A stretch of DNA of 64,000 nucleotides, from the NCBI RefSeq assembly GCF_009914755.1, contig NC_060948.1. One strand, written 5' to 3'. Under the pieces are notes generated by a model that was not told the origin of the DNA, made no database searches, and worked only from the letters and a program-made list of their open reading frames with translations. Position 1 is the stretch's first letter, and every line of letters begins with the position of its first letter. This DNA is from the human T2T-CHM13v2.0 reference genome, Homo sapiens. Below, piece after piece: positions 34,198 to 48,559 of this stretch. Made by a program: the position numbers and the translations under genes.

Positions 34198-35589
34198 GTA
34201 ATGTTTTAAAATATAAAGATGGAACCGTAGGACTGAAAGACAATAAGTTTGAAGATATCAAAATTTCTCAATTTTATTTACTTTATGTACAGAAAATGAA
34301 CTTACTGATAATGAGCAAAATTATTTGTAAGTACTAAAGATAAATTATAAGAAAGATAGAAATAATATGAAAATTTTATTTTAAAATCTTAATTACTTTG
34401 CATTGAAATAACACGCATTTAAAACCAAATTGAGTTTATTAATGTTGATTTTCTGTACTCAACAGGTTTTCTGCAGAACTCGTTTACATTCATTATGCTA
34501 TAGAGTTTCTTATTTTGGGAGCCAGAACTTCGTATAAAATGTATTATCAAAATAAGATGGAATCTTGAAAACCTTCCAACAGGAAATAAGTAACTCATTA
34601 TTTTAGGATTGATCTTATAATATTTGTTATTTATGTATACACATGGAAATATCTATACAAATATATTCCTTTGCCATTTTGATATACGTAATTTGCACAT
34701 TGGCCTGCCATAAAGCATTTTGCATTTAAGAAATCTATAACTTCAGTTTCTCAAAAGAGTCTGTGACTCAGGAAAATCTAAAAACCACTGCTTCACAAAT
34801 ATGAAGCAGTGGTTTCTTTGCTGGAAGATGAGACACTGAAAATGGTATTTATGAATGATTTACTCAATAGGAATGAGGGGTCAATTTTTACTTAAAAAAA
34901 TCCATGTATTTTAAAAAATTGGTTCAATTGTATTATCTATTAACCAACCTTCAAAAACCTAACATCTGAGTTTTAATAACCAGATGTGTAATTCACTGGA
35001 TATGTTTTCTCAAGTTGAAATTGCAGTGTTTGCTCCATTTTAAGGTACATAGCTTCATGGTATTTTTTTTCTCAATTGATCTTGAGGGTGAAGATTAATA
35101 CTACTCTGCCATGTATGAGAATATGCATTTTCTTACCTGTGACACCACGAGGGCATTAGAATATATCTACATTTTTTGTAGCTATATGAAAATATCTTTT
35201 ATTATTTAATATTAAATTCTTAAAGATTATTAAAATTGAGCATAGCCTAAGCTAAAATTTAATATTTCATAATGGATTTGTAAGGATTGTATTTCTGATA
35301 CAAATTTTACAGATAATGTATTTTTCTGAGGTGTCATTTTTTGATTTTGTAAATATTTTAGCTTTTTTGAATGGAATTTGTTGTACCCTTATGATACGTT
35401 TTGACGAGGCTTTCTTCATACCATAATTATATGAACAGTAATATATTATTTTTCTCCTATTTTTCTTTATCTAGATTATATTTATATATTTAACTGATAG
35501 ATTTTTGCTCTCTCTTCACCCTGCATTTATCCCACATCTTTCTCTCACACCAATATAAAATGATTCTTGTGTTATTTTTTAGATTTTCT

Positions 35590-35851
35590 TCAGTTGCCAG
35601 GCTGGAATGCAGTGGCACGATCTCAGCTCACTGCAACCTCTGGCTCCCAGCCAAGTGATTCTCCTGCTTTAGCTTCCCGTGTAGCTGGGACTACAGTTGT
35701 GTGCCAAGAGGCCCAGTGAATTTTTGTATTTTTAGTAGAGATGGGGTTTCACCATGTTGCCCAGGATGGTCTTGATCTCTTAACTTCGTGATCCGCCCAC
35801 CTCAGACTCCCAAAGTGCTGTGATTACAGGCATGAGCCACTGCACCCAGCC
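35590..35851 (-). mobile_element. Alu (AluS-like)
   Basis: Reverse Alu body. Confidence 0.88.
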
Positions 35852-36026
35852 ATTTTCTGGGTTTTCTAAACCAACTTTTATTGTTTGTATTGCACTACTT
35901 TGGTACATAAATACTAAATTGTATTAGTTTAGACAAATGTAAATTTGTAAGATTATCATATTTAGGAAATATTTATAAACAACTAAAACTTAGCCATTTA
36001 AGACACAGTGATGTTACTTAGCTGGA

Positions 36027-36352
<326 letters not shown>

Positions 36353-36379
36353 CTACAAGACTTTTTATAACTGTCTCCT

Positions 36380-36890
36380 TTCGTTTGCATGATGCTCTGA
36401 ATGTTCATTTACATTGCAGCACTTCTCTCCTTACACAACCTGCTAACCCATTATTTTGTTTGGGTTGTTTCCACCACAGTATTTCTATATACACATATTT
36501 GTTTGCATACACTTATTCAATTCTTGGTATATATGAGTGAGTGGAATTGCTTGGTCCTATGATAATTGTATTTATTTTCTTGAGGAACCACCCCATTTCT
36601 CCATAGTAGCTGCACCATTTTCCATTCCAACTAGCATTTGTATGAGGGTTCCAAATTATCTACATCTTCTCAAACACTTGATATTTCCTGCTTTTTAAAA
36701 ATCATTTCCATTCCAGTATGTGTGCAGTATAGTATCTCATTTTGGTTTTGAAATGCAATTTCTGAATAACTAATTATGATTATTTGTTCCATGTGCTTTT
36801 TGAGCATTTGCATATTTTAGTTGGAGAAATATGTATTCAAGTATTTGGCCCTTCATTTTGTTCAAGTTGTAAGTTATTTATGTTTTGGAT
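36380..36890 (-). mobile_element. Ancient L1 3' fragment
   Basis: 'gagtggaattgcttggtcctatg', 'gctgcaccattttccattcc', 'tatctcattttggttttg'. Confidence 0.7.
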
Positions 36891-36938
36891 ACTAGAAGTT
36901 GATAATTTAAAATTTGTTGCTTTAACTTATGCAAGCAG

Positions 36939-37049
36939 AATTCATACAAGTTCCCGGGACACCAGGGATTATGCTCCACCATCTAGAGATTATGGATACC
37001 ATGATTACGGTCATTCTAGTTGGAATGAACAATCCTCTAGAGCATATAG
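36939..37049 (+). pseudogene. RBMY: RBMY SRGY-box exon (single copy, 111 nt)
   Basis: 'aagcag|AATTCATACAAG...GCATATAG|gtacta'; translates [35 protein letters not shown]. Confidence 0.9.
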
Positions 37050-37130
37050 GTACTATAATATTTTCTGATTTTGTCAAAGGGATTTCTTAAGTTGTTCCTG
37101 CTGACGTTAGCAAACCTTTTTTAAATTTAG

Positions 37131-37219
37131 TGACTGTGATGGCTGTGGTGGGGGCCGTGGTAGAGATCCTTTAGTACATCCCAGTGGAAGTTCTTACAGA
37201 AATGCATATCAGAGTTATG
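37131..37219 (+). pseudogene. RBMY: RBMY penultimate exon (89 nt)
   Basis: 'aatttag|TGACTGTGAT...AGTTATG|gtaagt'; translates DCDGCGGGRGRDPLVHPSGSSYRNAYQSY. Confidence 0.88.
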
Positions 37220-37634
37220 GTAAGTGTCAGGGTTTGATTTGTAAATTATAGTATTATATTTAATACACCAGATTATTGTTTTAATACAATTTTAAGGAAA
37301 ATCATAAAGGAAAAATATAACATGTTTAAACACTGAGAATTGTTAACAGTATAATGCGTGGTGAACATGTAGGTGAGAACTTCAGTTCATTTTCAGAAAA
37401 TGTGACTTAACGTTTACTTTAAAATAAACTTTCTTATGCTTCAAAATACTATTCTTATATTCTTTTAAATGCAACCTTTTGACATAATTTCAGACATAAT
37501 TAATATGCTGTCAATGAAGACAGAGGAAAGCAGATTTTTCCAAATAGTACTTTAACTGATACATGCATTAGTGATACCATTAAAAATGTTTAAATGTAGT
37601 TCATTATAAGTTCTATATTTTATCAACCTTGCAG

Positions 37635-37936
37635 GGACCTCTCCTGGTGAACAACCTGCATGAGAGCCTTGGATGAGTTATGGTGGAAGTAGTCACTATG
37701 ATTATAACAGTACATGAGATATATATGGCAGAAGTCAGGAGAGTTACTCATGAAGCAGTGGTGATTTATATTCCTGTGGTCATGAGCGCGGTGGCAGAAA
37801 GGAATGAAGGAATCTACCTTCTGTGGATAGGGTGCACCCTGCTGCTGGTGAAGGATACAGTAGCTCAAGTTATGGGGCATCTACAGCAAGTGGTGAGGGA
37901 AAACAAGGTGAAAAAGGAGGCTGAAGCAGATATTAA
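37635..37936 (+). pseudogene. RBMY: RBMY terminal coding exon with five premature TGA stops
   Basis: 'ttgcag|GGACCTCT...AGCAGATATTAA'; includes SYGGSSHYDY, YGRSQESYS and a final SRY*. Confidence 0.9.
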
Positions 37937-37960
37937 AGGAGATATTAAAAATAATAGTTA

Positions 37961-38102
37961 CCGTGGTACTCAGGAGGCCGAGGCAGGAGAATTGCTTGAA
38001 CCCAGAAGGCAGAGGTTGCAGTGAGCCCAGATCTTGTCACTGCACTCTAGCCTGGGCAACAAAGCAAACCTGTCTCACAAAGTAAAAATAAAAAAAAGAA
38101 AG
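37961..38102 (+). mobile_element. 5'-truncated Alu (right arm) in the RBMY 3'UTR
   Basis: 'tactcaggaggccgaggcaggagaattgc...' with an A tail; TSD ataatagtta at 37951-37960 and 38103-38112. Confidence 0.88.
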
Positions 38103-38347
38103 ATAATAGTTATTGCTTACCAAACCTTGCTTGCAAATCAAAAATTAAAATGTTATTTCTGTATCAGTTCGTGAGTACCACTAAAACAAAATGTTGATTT
38201 TGGGGGAGAGGTAGATCCTAACTTCCTCCATGAATTTTCTGAGGTATTTAAGATGAAAAGGAATTGTTTTTTCAAAGTAATTTCATAATTGTTAATGCTA
38301 TTTGAAAACTCTCTCTTTAGATGATATGGCTGTATTAAAATTTTCAG

Positions 38348-38353
38348 AATAAA
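38348..38353 (+). terminator. Candidate RBMY polyadenylation signal AATAAA
   Basis: AATAAA ~410 nt after the stop codon, followed by GT-rich sequence. The motif is common in AT-rich DNA. Confidence 0.4.
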
Positions 38354-38974
38354 ATTATACATGTAATGTGTAATGCCTGATTTTATGGCTACACGTGCTT
38401 AACAGCAAATTAAATGGGATATTAAATGGTGTGGTTTCTGTTGAAAAATTTTTTTGCAGCTTTGAATATAAATACATGCAAAAGTAGGCATAAATTACGT
38501 CTCCCTTGCAAGGTGCCCACATTTTCTAATTAGGCTGTGTTTCTCTTAAACACTTACAAGCTTTAAAAGCTTGAGAAGTATTCAGAAAGACTATGAAACT
38601 CTCTGCCTCACCATAAAATGTTTATCATTCAGAGGAATCATGTAGATAAAAGGAAATAATTAGATATGGTTGGTACTAAAGTTTAAGACATCCAGAACCT
38701 TCTTCTTGAAGCCTTTCTGTCACTGATGGGGGATAATGGTGATGAAAACATTGTTTTCCAACTAAATAAAATCTGAACCAGCTATGTTTCCTAAATACAT
38801 AGCTTAATGAAATTAAGTGTTCCTAGTTTAAATAGTGGAAAATAAGTGTTTTTATGTGGGAGGTACTCATGTTAATTATCTCCTATAATATTTGACAATG
38901 GTTGTTGTAAGTAATGGTTTAGCAATAAGTTCTTACAAACAGAAATTATCTAGAAGGCTTGGGATTTTATCAGA

Positions 38975-39260
38975 TTTTTTTTTAGACAGAGTCTAGCTTT
39001 GTTGCCCAAACTGGGGTGCAGTGGCTGGATCTTGGCTCACTGTGACCACTACCTTCTGGGTTCGAGCTGTTTTCCTGCCTCAGCATCCCGAGTAACTGGG
39101 TTTACAGGTGTGTGCCACCACAGCTGGCTATTTTTTTTTTTTTTTTTTTTTAGTACAGACAGCATTTCTCCATGTTGGCCAGTCTGGTCTTAAAATCCTC
39201 ATTCACCTGCCTCTGCCTCCCAAAGTGCTAGGATTACATGTATGAGCCATCAGGCTCACA
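38975..39260 (-). mobile_element. Diverged Alu
   Basis: Reverse Alu with an expanded middle T tract. Confidence 0.85.
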
Positions 39261-39774
39261 CTATCAGATTTAAGTGAAGATACGAATAGGAATGCTTTAA
39301 ACCTCATGGTTTTTGGAAACTGAAATGTGTAAAACATAAAACAACATCATAAAATTTCTGATAGGCAATTGTGTAAAGGTTTAAGATATCATCTAATGAT
39401 AAAAATGAAAAGATTTGGACCCAAATAAGTAAACCAATTAATTTTCCTGATCATACAACCTAAAGAAATGAAATAGATTAAGATCCAGTGTTTTACAGTC
39501 CACAATTCTTAAAATTAATGGACTAATCTGTAAGGAGGATGTATTTTTATGAGAAAATTTTGATAAGATCATAATTTTTATAGGGTTAGTTTCCAAATAA
39601 TTTTAAAGGGAGAAGTTACCAACTTTGATTCTCAAGTGAGTTATTTATGTTATGAAGTTGTGCTTTCATTCACCTATAATGTAGGATTGTAAGGATTAAA
39701 TGAAAGGATACAACTCCCTAGTCTTGTGTATCTTGACAGCAGCAGCACGAGAAACAGTGTCTGTCCAGGTAGGT

Positions 39775-40092
39775 GTGATGGCTTAGGTCTTCAATCCCAG
39801 CATTTTGGGTGGCTGAGATGGGAATATCGCTTCAACTCAGGAGTTTGAGACCAGCCTGGGCAACATGAAGAAATCTTGTCTGTATAAAATAGACAAAACA
39901 TTGTTGGATGTAATAGTCTATCAGTGTAGTCCCAGATCCTTGGGGGCTGAGGCAGGAAGATGGTTTGAGCCCATGAGGTCCAGGCTGCAGTGAGCCTGTT
40001 TTTTGCTCCACTGCATTTCAGCCTGCATAACAAAGCGAGACACTGTCAAAAAAAAAAAAAAAAGAAAAAAGAAAAAAGAAAAACAAAAAAGA
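39775..40092 (+). mobile_element. Alu (AluJ-like)
   Basis: 'aatcccagcattttgggtggctgag...gaggtccaggctgcagtgagc' with an A tail. Confidence 0.85.
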
Positions 40093-40309
40093 CAAAGTGT
40101 CTATGATATTCTGTCCCTAGGATTTTTTAACTCAAATTATCTCCATGAGGCATTCTGTCATAATGATTAAAAAGTATGGGAAACTGAAGAGTAACCTGTA
40201 AGATACAATTTATCAACCTTGGAATAGGGATTCTGTTTCAGTAAGTTATAATAAATTCTGAAAAGCCTTTATAAAACAAGAGTTAAATCCTTATTGCATC
40301 ATTTTTCAT

Positions 40310-41340
<1,031 letters not shown>

Positions 41341-41779
41341 AGGATGGTGGTGTGAGGTGGCAGTGATGATTTAATGAATTCTTTGGTTTGCAGTTTTTAA
41401 TGCCTCCAGTGTTGTCATCAGGTATCAAAGGCATGAAGATGATTTTTTTAAATCGTTCATAATGCAGTCATCCAGCTTCAGATTACAAGGTTTGGGGACA
41501 ATTGGGCAGTTTTAGTTTTCAGTGATGCTAAATCATGAAAGGGGGACACAATGTTGAAATTTTAGTTTGGAGAGTTGTAGCTATATGTTGGATAAAACAA
41601 GAATTGAAATTGTAGACTAATAAAATATGTAAGACAACTCACATGGGTGGTTTTAGTTTTCCATTGAAACAAAATTCTCTCTGCTGTTACTTCTCTTGAC
41701 TCTTGTTCACAAAATAAGTCTGGTCTGACTAGATTTGTCCTCATTTTTTACCTAAGTACACTAAGAATTGTCATTGACC

Positions 41780-41786
<7 letters not shown>

Positions 41787-41837
<51 letters not shown>
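41787..41837. repeat. (TA)n microsatellite (~25 units)
   Basis: Direct observation. Confidence 0.95.
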
Positions 41838-41843
<6 letters not shown>

Positions 41844-41854
41844 TTTTAAATTAG

Positions 41855-42118
41855 AAACAGTGTCCGGCTTACTGCAGTCTCAACCTCATGGGCTCAAGTG
41901 ATCCTCCAACCTCAGCCTCCTGAGTAGCTGAGACCGTAGGCGCAAACCACCATATTTGGCTAATTTTGTATGTTATTTGTTTGCCTGTTTGTTTGATTTT
42001 GGAGATGGGGTTTTACCTTGTTGCCTAGGTTAGGCTTGAACTTCTGGGCTGAAGTGATTCTCCCACCCTTGTGTCCAAATGTGCTGGGATTACAGGTGTG
42101 AGCCACCATGCTTAGCCA
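41855..42118 (-). mobile_element. Alu (AluJ-like)
   Basis: 'gggctcaagtgatcctccaacctcagcc...gattacaggtgtgagccacc'. Confidence 0.85.
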
Positions 42119-42397
42119 CAGAGTCCTTTCCAGTTTACTTTGTCAGAACTTTATACAATTAGTTTCAGATTATACTTCTTAAAGCTGCCTAGTTATCTCT
42201 GATTTTATGCAAATCATTCTTAAATATATTTGACATTTCAGACAAGGCTTTGTAAAAAAAAAAAAAAAAACGGGTTCTAATTAGGTTCTGTTGAAAGGAG
42301 AACGCATTCTTACTGAACTTCAGAAATGACTCAATTGCCATATAAATGTTTATAAAATCTTAAATGTCCAGTGAACATAACACAGCTTAACTAGTAA

Positions 42398-42733
<336 letters not shown>

Positions 42734-43839
42734 CACAAATATCTTTTTATATTTAATAATAACAACAAATTGTAATATGTAGCTGTTTGTATTAAACAAT
42801 TTTAAACTAGTCTTATTTACTAAATATTTCCATGAGTCATGTGAACTTGAATATATATTTCTAGGATTATTAGGAGTATGTAATTCACAATAGTGATCAT
42901 ATGTCTCTAAGCCAATTTGAATAGCACCCTTTTAAGTGATATTAAAAATTAACTTGGTAATAATATCCAGAGCTAGAAATATATCACACACATATAGCAT
43001 ATAGCCATGAAAATATAGATAGAGGAAAACAGATTTTAGAGATCACCTAAAATTTAGTCATGAATGAGGCAATAGAGTAATATAAAACTCACTGGGTTTA
43101 TATCCATTTTATATTGTATCTAAATTGTTCTTCTGGCAAATGAGACAAGGTCGCCTATTCAATAGGAGGTCTAATACCTTTTGTCTGTATTGGCGAAGAA
43201 GACTTTTATGAGACTATTTTGTCCTAATATTGTATCTGTGGAGCCAGAGGACTATATTTTAGGCACAGAATATATCTAGTTCCAGTCTGCACATCTCCAA
43301 AGGCTGGGGAGATACAATACTCAATCTCTTCTAATTAGCCATTTTTTCATTTCAACTTCAGGCCAATAATTTCTTGGAGGGTAGAGAAGATACTGAAGTC
43401 CCTCAAGAGCTTCTGATTTAGTCAGCCTAAATTTCTGTTGACTTTAGAAGTTGAAAGGCTGAAATAGGAAGGAATAGGTTTGTTTAGGGGTAGATAGAAG
43501 AATGGATGATGAGAGGTTTGAAGGAGGATATGTCAAAGAATTCAAGGAAGGTAAAAGGAAGATTGAAGGTGGTGAGAGGAGAAACAAGAAACATGAGTAA
43601 TAAGAAGGAAGACATCAAAGAGGCACCAGTATAGGGAGATGTTAAGTTTCTCAAAGATCTTTGAAGTTCCAAATTGTCCTTGAAAAATGCATACCAACAA
43701 CAAGTTATGCAGAGTAAGCAAAGCCTAAAGTCTACAAGGGTTCAAGAAAGTGGGTTATGGTTGGCAATGAGACTTCCATGGGAGAGACAAGAATCCAAGT
43801 AAAGAAGAGAGAGGTGTCAAAGAGTTTCAGTGGATATTA

Positions 43840-43922
43840 GAGACAGAGATAGTGAGATAGAAAGATAGATAGAGATAGAGATAGAGTTAGATAGAGATAG
43901 AGGTGGATTAAGATAGAGATAA
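43840..43922. repeat. (AGATAG)n simple repeat
   Basis: Direct observation. Confidence 0.85.
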
Positions 43923-43929
43923 ACTTCCT

Positions 43930-46220
43930 GACAGCCCAGAAAGATGGGAAAATTCCTGTTAAGGAAAAAAAGGTCTCCAACATAGCGAATCAGGAAATAA
44001 TCTCCACTCAGGAAAGAGGCTAGAAAAAAGGGGACCCAGTCAATGGAGTCAGGGAAAACCCCACTCAGGGAGTAGCCAGAAAAAAAAGATGGTTAGCATA
44101 GAGAATCAGGGAAAAATTCTTACTTAAGAATAGACATCCAGGAGGAAAATTCAAGCCAAAAATATCAGAGAATGAGCCCCTCTTAGGAAGAAGGGTACAC
44201 AACACAGAACATACAGGAATAATCTCAAACATGAAGCAAAGCTGACAAAAAAAGAGTTGCAGACTTGGAAATCAGGAAACAATTTCCAGTCAGATTAGAG
44301 AGCAAGGCAAGAGAGACTTGCAACCCCAGGGAGTCAGGGAATAAACATAAGAAAAATTATAACCTGGGAAAAGAAAATGTCACACTAGGAGACAGGGAAT
44401 AATACCCAATAAAGAAAAAGAGCCAGGAAGATGAGATTTCCAACTAACGTATCAGGAAATAATCTTCAGAAAATTGGAATAATCTGTAATAAGGGAAGAA
44501 CAAGTTAAGAAAAACAAAACAAAATAAGAAAATGTCTATCTCCTGGAGTCAGACAGTAATCTCTAGTAAGGGAAACACCAGGAGGAAAATACTTTCTGCA
44601 CATTAGGAATAAATGCCACTCGGGAAAGACAGAGCCAATAAGAAGGAACTCCTACCTAAGAAAGTTAGAATAATCATTATTATTTTTTAAAGAGAGAGAA
44701 GTAAGGATTTTAAATGAACTAATGTTATAATCTTTATCAGGAAATAGAGTCATAAAGAAGAATATTGAGCCCAAATGTCAGATAAAAATTTGAAATCAGA
44801 AAAAAGAGTGAGGGAAGACAAACTTCTATCCCAGGGAGCCAGGAAATAATCTTCAATCATGAAAAGAAGTAGAAAAACAATCTTTCACCAGAGAGCTCAT
44901 TTAATATTTATCTCAGAGAAAAGAACAAAGGGAAAAAAAAAGAAGTTCAGTCCAAGGATTCAGAGAATAATACTAATTTAGGACAGGGAACCAAGAAGAA
45001 GTGACTATGAACTCAGAATCACATGAGAATTATTCTCACTTAGGAGAGAGAGACAATCTAGTAGTCAGAAAAAATGTTACCCATTAACAAAGAGAACAGA
45101 AAGAAGAGACGTCTATCCAGAGAGTCAGAAAAGAGAGCTAATAAGTGACTTACAGCTCAGGTGCCAGGGAATAAACTCCATTTCATAAGAGAGCAAGAAC
45201 GAAGGTCTTTCAAATCAAAAAGTGAGAGAATAATTGTTACTCAAGGAAGAGATCTGGAAAGACATGACGTCCAATCAGGAAAATAATTTCTTTTATGAAA
45301 CAGAGCCAGGAAAAACAGGTTTTCACTCCAGGAGTGAGGAAATCTCTACACAGGAAATAGACCCAGGAATTTTTTTTTCCTGCTTAGCAAATAAGGCCAG
45401 AAATTTCCACACCAGGAGTCCAGGGAAAAGTCTTCAATCAGAAAAACAATCCAGAGGAAGAATAAGAAGAATTTTCTACCCCAGGAGGCATGGAATACAT
45501 CCCATTGAAGTACAATAGTCAGAAAAATAGAATACTATGCCAGAAATTGGGGAATAATTTCTATTCAGATGAGACATCCACTAAAAAGATATTTCTATCC
45601 CGTAAAGTCTGGGATTAATCACCAATAAAACAACAACAACAAAAAGATATGATGTTTAGCACAGAGTCAGAGAATAATCCCTATTAGGTAAGCATAGAAA
45701 AGGTAGAAGAGATTTTCACTCCAGGAGTCGGGGAGTAATTCCTACCAAGAGGTGATAGCAAAAAAAATGAAAAATAAAAAATAAAAAAAACACACACACA
45801 CTTTAAGCTCAGAAAGTTAGGGAATAATCCCTGTTGTGAAAACAAAGCAAGAGAAAAAACAAAAAGCTTTTATCCTATGAAGTAAGAAAATAATTCCCTG
45901 CTCAGGGATATCAGGAAGTCAGGATTTCCTGACTTAAGCCCAGTCAGCCAGAAAATAATTTCTACTAGCAGGGGAGTCAGGAAGAATAGATATCCAACCT
46001 AAATGCAAGGAAATGGGTTTCCTATAAAGAAAGACAGCCATGAAGAAGAATGTTCCAGATTAGGAGTAAAGGACTAATGTTCACTGAAGAAAAAAAAAAA
46101 AAAGAGTTAAATAGAGCTGACTTTCACACCAGGCTTGGGAGAAACGTTTTGCATGCTTGGGAGAAAAAATACATTCCCCTCTTAAAAAAGAGTGCCAGGA
46201 TGAAGAGAATTACAGCCCAG
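43930..46220 (+). repeat. Degenerate purine-rich tandem array, ~55-65 bp period
   Basis: Recurring core GAGTCAG(G)GAATAATC at ~43988, 44046, 44103, 44163, 44213, 44270, 44331, 44389, 44451, 44546, 44605 ... 44836, 45665, 45725, 45817. Confidence 0.8.
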
Positions 46221-46309
46221 CGGAGTTGTAACTAAGGTTGTATTCCCTACTCTAAAGAAACAAACAAACAAAGAATACAGCTTGTGGAGCCTAAAGGGAA
46301 GGACATCAA

Positions 46310-47140
46310 TCCCCCGGCCTTCTTCCCTGGCTTCCTTCAGTGATTAGGGAAAGCCTATTTTCTCTCCCTGGAAAGAGGTTTAAAGTCTTCAGGAGCAAGA
46401 AGAAAGGTCTCAGCACTTCCAGTCCCTTCTTCCCTAGTGTGCTTTAGTAATATATCTCTGAAATCTCTCCCTGGAAGGAGGCTAGAAAAATACTACTGAA
46501 AGACTAAATGAGAATAATGACAATCACTGTGCCGTCTTTCACTTCCTTCAGTGATTTCTGCAATTATTCTCTCAAAGTAGGCTGGAGACAGACCTCTATG
46601 AGCCAAACAGAGACAGACATCACTCCCTAAGACATTCTTCCTGACTTGCTCCGGCAAAATTCCCTCCAGTCTCTGTCTGGAAGGAGGCAGAGAGTCAGAA
46701 TACTTCCAAGCCTAAATGAGAAGAACAGCACTTCCCACACTCACTTCCCTGGCTTGCTCTAATAGCAGATTTCTGCCATCACTCGCCAGAGAAAATCAGG
46801 CAGTTAGATCTCTGAAATCCTGAATGGAAGAGGTAGCACTCCCCTTCTGTCACCAGACATAGCAAGCTTGCTTCACAGGCTTGTTCTAGCAATAAATCCC
46901 TCCTGCTATTCTCCCTGGACAGATTTTTGGTGAAGTATAAATGTGACAGTGAACCCCTCTCAGGCCTTCTTGCTTTCTTCTCTGCCTTGCCACAGCAAGA
47001 AATCTGCCTTGCAGGTTCTTCCTGGAAGAAGCTTGTGCGACTTTGGCAATGCAGAAGGAGAAAGCAGGCAGTCTGCACTACCTTCTCCCTGGCTTGCTCT
47101 GGTGAGAAATCAATGTCTGTAGAACCTCCCTGGAAGTAGC
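46310..47140 (+). repeat. Degenerate tandem array, ~103-110 bp period, ~8 copies
   Basis: 'ctccctggaa(g)'-like anchors at ~46365, 46467, 46570, 46675, 46785, 46912, 47020, 47127, each preceded ~40 nt by a 'cttccctggcttgctc'-like block. Confidence 0.7.
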
Positions 47141-47759
47141 TTCTGCATACATCATGCATCACAAATTTTACAGCCTGTATCTAAGGGACTGTCCTAAATT
47201 GTCTACTTCTGGAAGTGAATGGGACTCTGTATTCTGAGTCTCCTATATCACAGAGAACAAGATTGTCAAAGTTGTAAATATTCAGTGGCTATCTGTCCAG
47301 ATTCAGAGTGAGCATAACGAATGACTGTACAGGTGTCAGTCATGGACACTATTCTTGGCATAAGGCAGAACTAGTTGGACATAAACTCTGAATCTAAGCT
47401 TGTCCACAAGCAATATACATCTAATCCCAAAACCTTTTACCTGCATATCATGGGGCTGGCTACTATCTTGCCTGTGTCAAAGGAATAGTATGATTTCACA
47501 CATACTACAATCGAGGGGGGCATAAGAAGAAAGACAGTGAGTTGGACAATCACAGAATTGAGAAGCACCTGGAATCTCTGGTTGCACTGATAAGGAAATG
47601 AAATTTCCTACGTAGGATGAGTTAAGGACAACAGAGAAAGATGGTTGTCTTCACTGACTTGCAGAAACCAACTCATAGTCAAGAAAAATGGGGCTGGTGG
47701 TAGTGGTTACAGGAGGGCAGGGCAGTGAGGGAGTGCAGTGGAGAGGAAAATATGTTCTG

Positions 47760-48228
47760 AGGTAAAGAACAAAAGAAATAAACAGAACTGGACTCTGATA
47801 AAATGAAAGTATGTAATGTCCCTGACAGGGAAATCAAAACAGAAAGCTCTAAGGTATTACCAGAAGTCTGGACAGTAATGCATTTAAAAACTGAGAAGTT
47901 TAACAAAGAGGTAGAAAATATTTCAAGGTATCAAACAGAAATCAAAGAAGTGAAAAATACAGGAAGCTACATCAAAAATTAAATAGAGGGACCGAACAGT
48001 AAACTGGATCAAGCAGAATAAAGGATAAGCAAAATTAAGCCAAGTCTTTGAAAATAATCAAATTGGAGGATAAAAATGAAAGAGAAAAATAAGGAATCAT
48101 GAAGACAGCATAAGGAACTTATGGAACATTATGAAGCAGGATGATAACATATGGAATACTATAAGGAGATAATAATGATAAAAGGAGAGAAAAATAACTG
48201 ACATATATTTTTAAACAAATAAATAAAA
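47760..48228 (+). mobile_element. Ancient L1 ORF1 remnant
   Basis: 'cctgacagggaaatcaaaa', 'caaacagaaatc...gaagtgaaaaatac', 'ctggatcaagcagaataaaggataag', 'gcataaggaacttatggaaca' (coiled-coil and LRELW-like motifs). Confidence 0.7.
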
Positions 48229-48545
<317 letters not shown>

Positions 48546-48559
48546 AATAACGAAAGGAT

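Noticed and set aside
37680-38024. 114-aa ORF over the RBMY last exon
   Set aside because: It is in a different frame from RBMY and runs into an Alu.
43930-46220. Repeat-plus-variable-spacer look resembling a CRISPR array
   Set aside because: Cores are highly degenerate and non-palindromic, the 'spacers' are homologous to each other, there are no cas genes, and the context is primate DNA.
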